DNA of 35,348 bases from the IMG/VR virus record IMGVR_UViG_2687453512_000002. One strand, written 5' to 3'. Under the pieces are notes generated by a model. The model saw only the letters and a list, made by a program, of their open reading frames with translations, was not told the origin of the DNA and ran no database searches. The stretch comes from a virus. Lineage: Duplodnaviria > Heunggongvirae > Uroviricota > Caudoviricetes. This document shows, piece after piece, positions 28,754 to 35,348 of this stretch (the stretch's first letter is position 1; each line of letters begins with the position of its first letter). The position numbers were made by a program, and so were the translations under genes.

Positions 28754-30765
28754 TGAAAGTAACTGCAAATGGTAAGACATTTACCTTTCCTGATGGTACG
28801 AGCACGGAAGATATTGGGTCCGCCATTGATGAGTATTTTGCTGGTCAGTCAGCGCCAACACAACAAGGTGTTCAGCAATCGCCAGCAGACAACTCACTTG
28901 CATCAGGATATGCACAGCTTGCCACTCAGCAGAAGGAAGGACTAGATCGCTCTGCTGAGCAAGGGGCTGTTTTAGGTGCTGCAATGCGCGATGCCGTTAC
29001 CGGTGAAAGCCGAATGACACCAGAAATGGAGAGACTGCAAAATGTTGGGGCTGCCCCTGAGTTGAACTCACTAAGCATGGATGCCCTGAAGGCTGGATGG
29101 TCTCAACTTTTCGGCTCCGACGCGTCTCAGGAAAAGATTCTTCAGAGTATGGGGGCGAAATTAAGGCAGGATGAGAAGGGTAACACTATCGTTTCCCTGC
29201 CATCCGGTGATTATGCCCTGAACAAGCCAGGTTTATCACCGCAAGACCTGACTTCGTTTCTTGCTAATGCGTTAGCGTTCACACCAGCGGGCAGGGCTGG
29301 AACGGTGCTTGGTGCCATAGGGAAATCAGCTGCTACAGATTTAGCACTACAGGGTGGCACCAGCCTTGCTGGCGGAGAAGATATTGATCCTGCACAAACG
29401 GTAATTTCTGCTGGCATTGGTGGTGTTGGCAAGGGGCTGGAAAATACAGTTAGTGCGGTTTCCAGGGCTGTTCGCGGTGAGATGTCACCGGAAGCAAAGG
29501 CTGCTGTCGATTTTGCGTCGGAAAGAAACCTGCCGTTAATGACCAGTGACACGCTGAAAGATAAAACCTTTATGCAGAGTCAGGCTCAGACATTAGGCGA
29601 AAGAGTTCCTTTTTTTGGAACCGGTAAGAATCGGCTGAATCAACAACAAGCACGAGAAAATTTAGTCAGAACATTTAGCGATGGTCTGGGTGGCATTTCT
29701 GATAAACAGCTTTATGAATCTGCGACTAAAGGGCAACAAAAATTCATTGAGGCAGCAGGAAAGCGATATAACCGCATAATTGACGCTATGGGGGATACCC
29801 CTGTCGATCTCTCAAACACGGTAAAAGCTATCGACAATCAGATTGCCGTGTTAAGCCGCCCGGGCAAATCTCAGGATAGAGCCGCGGTAAAAGTCTTGCA
29901 GCAATTTAAAGACGATATCACCAGCGGACCCAATGACCTGCGTCTGGCGAGAGAAAACAGAACTGACCTTCGAAAGCGGTTCATGAATTCAAACGAGACT
30001 GTTGATAAAGACACGCTCCAGAAAGCCAGCGATATTGTCTACAAGGCATATACAGCGGATATGAAAAAAGCAGTATCCCAAAAACTAGGCTCAGAAGAAG
30101 CTGCCAATATGTCTAGGGTTGATCGCTCATGGGCTAGATTCAATGACATGATGGGAAGAACGCGCGTTCAAAAGGCAATAGCCAGCGGCAAGGCTACACC
30201 TGAGGATGTAACAAAACTCGTTTTTAGCCAAAACCCATCAGAACGTTCTCAGCTTTACATGCTTCTGGATGACAATGGTAGGCAAAACGCACGAGCAGCC
30301 ATAGTTCAGAATGCTGTAGATAAGGCGACTGATCCGTCTGGAAATATTAGTGTTGAAAAGTTTATTAATGCGTTACACCGGAACAGGAAGCAATCAGCAA
30401 CTTTCTTTAAAGGCGTACATGGAAAGGAACTGGACGGCGTTATTAAATACCTCAACGATACAAGACACGCGGCAAAAGCGAACGTTCAAAACTTAAATGG
30501 TCAGCAGCTTTATGGATTGTTAGTTGGTGGTGGCATCATAAACGCAGCAGTATTAGCGGGGATGCTAAAAACGGCTGCGTTTGTTGTTCCTGCTGCTGGT
30601 GTCGTAGGAGGAGCTGCGAAGGCATACGAAAGCCCTGTTATACGAAATGCCTTGTTACGTCTGGCAAATACGCCAAAAGGTAGCACAGCATATGACAGAG
30701 CGATCAGTACGGTCACACAATCGCTCACCAGAGTCGCACAGGCATCACAAAAAGAAGCTCAATAA
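28750..30765 (+). CDS. Ejection protein, gp16-like (671 aa)
   Basis: Gene order and size; C-terminal hydrophobic stretch; last structural gene before the accessory region. Confidence 0.65.
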   Translation: MMKVTANGKTFTFPDGTSTEDIGSAIDEYFAGQSAPTQQGVQQSPADNSLASGYAQLATQQKEGLDRSAEQGAVLGAAMRDAVTGESRMTPEMERLQNVGAAPELNSLSMDALKAGWSQLFGSDASQEKILQSMGAKLRQDEKGNTIVSLPSGDYALNKPGLSPQDLTSFLANALAFTPAGRAGTVLGAIGKSAATDLALQGGTSLAGGEDIDPAQTVISAGIGGVGKGLENTVSAVSRAVRGEMSPEAKAAVDFASERNLPLMTSDTLKDKTFMQSQAQTLGERVPFFGTGKNRLNQQQARENLVRTFSDGLGGISDKQLYESATKGQQKFIEAAGKRYNRIIDAMGDTPVDLSNTVKAIDNQIAVLSRPGKSQDRAAVKVLQQFKDDITSGPNDLRLARENRTDLRKRFMNSNETVDKDTLQKASDIVYKAYTADMKKAVSQKLGSEEAANMSRVDRSWARFNDMMGRTRVQKAIASGKATPEDVTKLVFSQNPSERSQLYMLLDDNGRQNARAAIVQNAVDKATDPSGNISVEKFINALHRNRKQSATFFKGVHGKELDGVIKYLNDTRHAAKANVQNLNGQQLYGLLVGGGIINAAVLAGMLKTAAFVVPAAGVVGGAAKAYESPVIRNALLRLANTPKGSTAYDRAISTVTQSLTRVAQASQKEAQ

Positions 30766-30782
30766 CTGGCAGCCACGGATGG

Positions 30783-31133
30783 CTAATTTTTATTCTTTGA
30801 TCTCGTCCACAGGTAAAGAAGAGCAATGGCAAGACAGGAAACAGAGAATAGATAACCTACCTCATATGGTGCGCCAAAAAAATTAGCTATTGATACGGGC
30901 AAAAAAGCCGAAGCGATCAGAATTGAAAGGCAAAAAATAAGCCCAGTAACATAGTTTATTAAACTCTTAAATGAGAAACGTTTTGCTTGATTTACGGTCT
31001 CAGCGAGTGATCGCTTAACGATGGATAAAAGCAAATAGATGGCGACAGTAGCTAATGCCCCTTTCCACCAGTCTGGATATAGTTTTGCGACAATCAGCCC
31101 AAGGAAAACCATGATGACAGACTGAGCATTCAC
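30783..31133 (-). CDS. Small inner-membrane protein (116 aa, 3-4 predicted TM helices); candidate superinfection-exclusion-type moron
   Basis: ATG with AAGGAGG Shine-Dalgarno; strongly hydrophobic; divergent from the 31309..32333 operon; occupies the sieA-type slot. Confidence 0.6.
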   Translation of the reverse strand: MNAQSVIMVFLGLIVAKLYPDWWKGALATVAIYLLLSIVKRSLAETVNQAKRFSFKSLINYVTGLIFCLSILIASAFLPVSIANFFGAPYEVGYLFSVSCLAIALLYLWTRSKNKN

Positions 31134-31308
31134 ACCAACCTCCTTAGTTTTGCGCAGGATACCAGATGATGTATAGGAGTGGGAGTAAAGTTAGTCGGTG
31201 ATAGAACGGTGGTTGCATAATGATATCACGTGACGTAAACTTATTGCGCATAGCGTGTATTCAATGGATGCATAGCTATTGATAATCTCCGATAAGAAGG
31301 AGGTTTGT

Positions 31309-31875
31309 ATGAGCAATGAGACTAATGGGATTGATGAAATGTTTAGCTTGAACGCTGCCAAAGCTGGAGTCGCAATAGGTTTGCTATTACAGCAAGCTTC
31401 TGCGTTCAGTTGTGAGGTGGTTGTTACTGATAACGTTCAGCACGCTTACCATCAATCCTCATTCAGCAGTGAACGGGCTAATGATGAGCTTCATGAGGCG
31501 GTGTCTTCGATTAAAGAATTGTCTCGAATGCTGAAATACGCTTATCGTGTTCTTGCAAACGCTACCGATGAGAATGTAGACAATGTGTTGTCTATCATTG
31601 AACCAGAAAAGTCTCGATTGATAGAGCATCAATTGAGAGGACTTGAAGGGGCAATGAAATCGGTATTCAAAGAAGCTTCTGCTGATTTTAAAGAGATCGC
31701 AAGAGATATCTATATCGTTGTTGCTGATGCCAGATCTGCCGTAACCAACCTGAATAGTCTTATTAAACAACGCTCATGTGTTCCGGTTGTTTTTGATAGT
31801 TCCGTAGATATGGCTGGTTTGCGTGCGCTTGCTGAGCACGGGACTCGTGTGTTTCACTCTGGTAACTTCCACTGA
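31309..31875 (+). CDS. Hypothetical protein (188 aa), first gene of a two-gene AT-rich operon; candidate partner/antitoxin of the downstream YafO-like protein
   Basis: ATG with AAGGAGG Shine-Dalgarno; helical protein with no recognised domain; 8-nt spacer to the next gene. Confidence 0.65.
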   Translation: MSNETNGIDEMFSLNAAKAGVAIGLLLQQASAFSCEVVVTDNVQHAYHQSSFSSERANDELHEAVSSIKELSRMLKYAYRVLANATDENVDNVLSIIEPEKSRLIEHQLRGLEGAMKSVFKEASADFKEIARDIYIVVADARSAVTNLNSLIKQRSCVPVVFDSSVDMAGLRALAEHGTRVFHSGNFH

Positions 31876-31883
31876 GGTAAAAC

Positions 31884-32333
31884 ATGCAAGTAACCGTGGA
31901 ATATAATCAGGATAGTTTTGACTATTTTTTCTCCCCGGTTTTTGTTGAGTTTCCTGATTTAAAACAAACACTTGTAGATGATTTTATCATCTACAAGTCT
32001 ACGGGAACGTTGCCCAGCTATTTTGGCAGAGACACCTCTTATCATCGACCTCCTGATATTGAAGATGCAGGCCTTATGCACCTTCATTTAGCAATTGGTG
32101 AAAATAAATTTGAGCCAATAAAAAATGGCACAGATATCAGCACACCGCAAAAGTTGCAGTGGCATAAAACATCCAATACCGCTCTCGTTTATGCACAAAA
32201 TCTTTTTGATGAGAACAGGTATTCATTGATTGCTCTTTTTCATCCTGTAGCTCACATGTCTGCTAACAATCATAATAGAATGAGAGTGTTAGCAGGGTAT
32301 GCGAGAGACTTTAGAAACACTATGTTTGACTAA
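31884..32333 (+). CDS. YafO-family toxin-like protein (149 aa)
   Basis: Motifs DDFIIYKSTGTLPSYFGRD, LMHLHLA, ALVYAQNLFDE, LIALFHP, NHNRMRVLAGYARDFR parallel the E. coli YafO sequence as remembered; about 37% GC. Confidence 0.65.
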   Translation: MQVTVEYNQDSFDYFFSPVFVEFPDLKQTLVDDFIIYKSTGTLPSYFGRDTSYHRPPDIEDAGLMHLHLAIGENKFEPIKNGTDISTPQKLQWHKTSNTALVYAQNLFDENRYSLIALFHPVAHMSANNHNRMRVLAGYARDFRNTMFD

Positions 32334-32334
32334 A

Positions 32335-32357
32335 CCCACCGTCAGGTGGGTTTTTTA
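32335..32357. terminator. Bidirectional terminator between convergent genes
   Basis: CCCACC-GTCA-GGTGGG hairpin followed by TTTTTT on the plus strand and flanked by an A-rich run on the other side. Confidence 0.7.
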
Positions 32358-32381
32358 TAAGGAGTAATCATGATTTACCCA

Positions 32382-32918
32382 TCAAACAACCCACCAGTTT
32401 GCCTGATTGGATGCCAGCCTTGCAGTTTTTATGGAATTAATTATGCCATGCTCAAGAGCCTTGTTAGCATCCAAAATGGTCGAGTCTGCTATCAGGGATG
32501 CCCACCTAATATGGGTTCCGATGTCGATATTGAACGTCTCAACGAAGCGATCAAGATCGTTATCGAGGCATTTCCCGTACTCTCTCAATCTGGCATGGTC
32601 GGCGGCTGGGGAGGCAAAGCACCATAATAGAGGATGTAACAGGAATCTTGATAATGGGTTTGCGAAACGTTCTGAGCCAGCCAGGAAAACGATATTAGCT
32701 ATGGATTCAACATTGCTTATGTTGTGAGTTCTAACGGTAACAGGGAGTGACTTAAGAAAGTTATACGCAGTAAAGCCAGCAGCAGTTTCCCCTCCCTGAC
32801 TTGATATATGGATATTTAATTCAGTTGCGCCTTGAGATAATGCGGTGAGACAGTGGTTCTGAAGTTGCCCAACAGTGGCAGTGTTAACAGGGCATAAGAA
32901 ATGAATTGTGTGCAGCAT
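32382..32918 (-). CDS. ClpP-fold (S14/S49-like) serine peptidase, 178 aa, translationally coupled to mnt
   Basis: IHISSQGGETAAGFTAYNFLKSLPVTVRTHNISNVESIANIVFLAGSERFANPLSRFLLHPL aligns with the ClpP core (…[42 protein letters not shown]…RVMIHQPL) with Ser and His in the catalytic positions; TAATG overlap with the mnt stop. Confidence 0.7.
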   Translation of the reverse strand: MLHTIHFLCPVNTATVGQLQNHCLTALSQGATELNIHISSQGGETAAGFTAYNFLKSLPVTVRTHNISNVESIANIVFLAGSERFANPLSRFLLHPLLWCFASPAADHARLREYGKCLDNDLDRFVETFNIDIGTHIRWASLIADSTILDANKALEHGIINSIKTARLASNQANWWVV

Positions 32919-33166
32919 TATTTTTCATCCTTAGCATACATGGTCTTTAGCGTCTCAAGTAGCGCCTCTTTGAATTTATCAGCTTCTTGCTGAGCAAATG
33001 ACTCAACTGACTTTGGCGACCTATCTTCATCAATCGCGGCTTGCAAAATCATGACGATCTCGGAGTTAACAGAGCGACCATTTTTTGATGCTCTGACAGC
33101 AAGAGCCTCGCGTAAAGATTCAGGGATTCTTACCGTAGTTGGAGAAATTGACACACCCTTTGCCAT
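32918..33166 (-). CDS. mnt: Mnt-like ribbon-helix-helix repressor (82 aa)
   Basis: MAKGVSISPTTVRIPESLREALAVRASKNGRSVNSEIVMILQAAIDED… with C-terminal …LETLKTMYAK resembles P22 Mnt; divergent from arc. Confidence 0.8.
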   Translation of the reverse strand: MAKGVSISPTTVRIPESLREALAVRASKNGRSVNSEIVMILQAAIDEDRSPKSVESFAQQEADKFKEALLETLKTMYAKDEK

Positions 33167-33189
33167 ATAACACCTTTGGTATTCAATTT

Positions 33190-33242
33190 GATAGCAAAGT
33201 GTATGCAAAAAAATTTTGACTAGATATACTCACTTTGCTATC
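33190..33242. promoter_or_regulatory. Divergent mnt/arc-ant promoter-operator region with a 12-bp perfect inverted repeat
   Basis: GATAGCAAAGTG (33190..33201) and its reverse complement CACTTTGCTATC (33231..33242) flank a TTGACT -35 element. Confidence 0.5.
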
Positions 33243-33280
33243 TTTTGTATTCGAAAAGAGTTGTTTGCGTGGAGGGTAAC

Positions 33281-33433
33281 ATGGAGAAAGAAATAAGTAA
33301 GATTTTGGTAAGGATGCCGCAGTCGTTAAAGGATGCTATCGGTAGCAGGGCAAAGGAAGAGTGCAGGTCGTTTAACTCAGAGGTTATCAAGCGCCTGATA
33401 GACAGCCTGAAGAGAGAGGGGGTAACGGTGTGA
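33281..33433 (+). CDS. arc: Arc-like ribbon-helix-helix repressor (50 aa)
   Basis: MEKEISKILVRMPQSLKDAIGSRAKEECRSFNSEVIKRLIDSLKREGVTV parallels P22 Arc (…NGRSVNSEIYQRVMESFKKEG…); GGAGGG Shine-Dalgarno. Confidence 0.8.
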   Translation: MEKEISKILVRMPQSLKDAIGSRAKEECRSFNSEVIKRLIDSLKREGVTV

Positions 33434-33665
33434 TTCGCTTGGATGCAGTAGTCAAAGAGATTGCGATTACCATTTTAAGACCAAATTTTGTTCATGGCGA
33501 ATCATTTGGCACGAACGAAAAATTGAGAAGAGAAAGAGTATTCAGTGGCAAGCGCACGTTTTCAGAAGTGATGCTTGATGCGGCAAAGAAATCAAAACAG
33601 TGAAGCCCCAACTGCTGGAACAGTCAGGGCTTCGGTTGTCGGTAAATCCGTGGAGAAAAACCAAC

Positions 33666-34370
33666 ATGAATAGTATAGCAATTTTAGAAGCAGTGAACAC
33701 CTCTTACGTGCCATTCAACGGTCAGCAAATTATCACCGCCATGGCTGCCGGAGTTGCATATGTTGCGATGAAGCCAATCGTTGAAAACCTCGGAATGAGC
33801 TGGTCAACGCAGCAAACAAAACTCATGAAGCAGATTAGCAAATTCAACTGTGTTCATATGAACATGGTTGCCGCTGATGGTAAGCTTCGTAAGCTACTCT
33901 GCCTTCCTTTGAAGAAGTTAAATGGATGGCTGTTCAGCATCAACCCTGAGAAAGTTCGTGCTGACATCCGCGATAAACTGATTCAGTACCAGGAAGAATG
34001 CTTTACTGTGCTGCATGACTACTGGACAAAGGGAGAGGCAGCAAATGCACGGAAGAAAACATCTGTTGATGACAGGACTCCGCTTCGTGATGCTGTAAAT
34101 ATGCTAGTCAGCAAAAAGCATCTAATGTACCCAGAAGCTTATGCAATGATTCATCAGCGTTTCAATGTGGAAAGTATTGAAGAGCTTGATGCATCTCAGA
34201 TACCACAAGCAGTAGAGTACATCCACAGGGTAGTGCTTGAAGGTGAGTTCATCGGCAAACAAGAGAAGAAAACCAACGAGCTTTCTGCAAAAGAAGCAAA
34301 CAGCCTTGTATGGCTATGGGATTATGCCAACCGCTCACAGGCATTATTCCGCGAACTGTATCCGCGCTAA
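33666..34370 (+). CDS. ant: Antirepressor Ant (234 aa)
   Basis: Begins [20 protein letters not shown]… consistent with P22-type Ant; follows mnt-arc in the immI arrangement. Confidence 0.8.
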   Translation: MNSIAILEAVNTSYVPFNGQQIITAMAAGVAYVAMKPIVENLGMSWSTQQTKLMKQISKFNCVHMNMVAADGKLRKLLCLPLKKLNGWLFSINPEKVRADIRDKLIQYQEECFTVLHDYWTKGEAANARKKTSVDDRTPLRDAVNMLVSKKHLMYPEAYAMIHQRFNVESIEELDASQIPQAVEYIHRVVLEGEFIGKQEKKTNELSAKEANSLVWLWDYANRSQALFRELYPR

Positions 34371-34435
34371 AACAAATTCAATCGAACTATTCCGGCAGAT
34401 GTCATGACTGCGGTTATGAGTTCTCCCGTATTATC

Positions 34436-34567
34436 GATATGGCGAGAGACGTTTTAATCAATCACACACGAGATGTTGATATCAATGAGCCAGACGGACC
34501 AACGAATCTTTCCGCATGGATGAGACTTAAGAATAAAGAATTACCTCCTTCAGTACATAATTACTGA
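34436..34567 (+). CDS. Possible small ORF (43 aa) downstream of ant
   Basis: ATG-initiated ORF ending just before the terminator; no Shine-Dalgarno assessed, no family. Confidence 0.25.
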   Translation, partial: DMARDVLINHTRDVDINEPDGPTNLSAWMRLKNKELPPSVHNY

Positions 34568-34586
34568 CAGATAACCAACGCAACGA

Positions 34587-34609
34587 CCCAGCTTCGGCTG
34601 GGTTTTTTT
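34587..34609 (+). terminator. Rho-independent terminator after the ant operon
   Basis: CCCAGC-TTCG-GCTGGG hairpin followed by TTTTTTT. Confidence 0.7.
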
Positions 34610-34667
34610 ATGCCCAAAATTCACCGTGGCCATGCTGCGGCGATTCTTTGCATCTGGAGCAAATTAA

Positions 34668-34717
34668 ATGACAGACATTACAGCCAATGTGATTGTTGCG
34701 TATTTTCATGAAAGGAG
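34668..34717 (+). pseudogene. Tailspike gene 5-prime fragment (first ~10 codons only), truncated at the junction with rRNA sequence
   Basis: GGAG Shine-Dalgarno then ATG ACA GAC ATT ACA GCC AAT GTG ATT GTT = MTDITANVIV, matching the conserved head-binding N-terminus of P22-family tailspikes (MTDITANVVV…); the reading frame then runs into 16S rRNA sequence. Confidence 0.5.
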
Positions 34718-34997
<280 letters not shown>

Positions 34998-35082
34998 CCT
35001 TAAAGAAGCGTACTTTGCAGTGCTCACACAGATTGTCTGATAGAAAGTGAAAAGCAAGGCGTCTTGCGAAGCAGACTGATAC

Positions 35083-35158
35083 GTCCCCTTCGTCTAGAGG
35101 CCCAGGACACCGCCCTTTCACGGCGGTAACAGGGGTTCGAATCCCCTAGGGGACGCCA
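35083..35158 (+). tRNA. tRNA-Glu (anticodon UUC) in the 16S-23S spacer
   Basis: GTCCCCTTCGTCTAGAGGCCCAGGACACCGCCCTTTCACGGCGGTAACAGGGGTTCGAATCCCCTAGGGGACGCCA, 76 nt cloverleaf with CTTTCAC anticodon loop. Confidence 0.97.
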
Positions 35159-35348
35159 CTTGCTGGTTTGTGAGTGAAAGTCACCTGCCTTAATATCTCA
35201 AAACTCATCTTCGGGTGATGTTTGAGATATTTGCTCTTTAAAAATCTGGATCAAGCTGAAAATTGAAACACTGAACAACGAGAGTTGTTCGTGAGTCTCT
35301 CAAATTTTCGCAACACGATGATGAATCGCAAGAAACATCTTCGGGTTG

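Noticed and set aside
32370-32627. 85-aa plus-strand ORF with an AAGGAG Shine-Dalgarno immediately after the terminator
   Set aside because: It lies almost entirely antisense within the 3-prime part of the ClpP-fold gene, which has clear family-level similarity. The Cys/Gly-rich translation looks like an antisense artefact, and the Shine-Dalgarno-like motif sits in the terminator loop region.

Overview
The window is almost entirely a lambdoid, P22/HK620/Sf6-like (podovirus-type) prophage read from its excisionase end (position 1) to the start of its tailspike gene (~34.7 kb), after which it abruptly joins the last ~280 nt of a 16S rRNA gene, the spacer and a tRNA-Glu. All calls come from reading the sequence and ORF translations against remembered protein families; no database search was run. 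Gene order on the minus strand (early-left operon): xis/TorI-like excisionase, small unknowns, DUF551 and Ea22-like proteins, SSB, Erf recombinase, Kil-like, CIII, an AT-rich 156-aa unknown, N antiterminator, nutL, pL/OL. Then the immunity region with a P22 c2-type repressor, P22-type 18-bp operators, cro, nutR and a lambda-like cII. On the plus strand follow a 90-aa unknown, an O-like initiator with internal iterons, a DnaB-type helicase, the nin region (NinB, NinE, NinF, Rha/KilAC antirepressor, YbcO-like, RusA, NinH), Q, a ~600-bp structured non-coding late leader, lambda-type lysis genes S/R/Rz/Rz1, a second Rha, small and large terminase, portal, scaffold, coat, gp4/gp10/gp26/gp14 and ejection proteins gp7/gp20/gp16. 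The most interesting part is the AT-rich accessory locus between gp16 and the tailspike: a small membrane protein, a two-gene operon whose second gene looks like a YafO-family toxin with a non-canonical 188-aa upstream partner, and a ClpP-fold serine peptidase translationally coupled to the Mnt repressor of an mnt-arc-ant immI region. No CRISPR array or IS element was seen.
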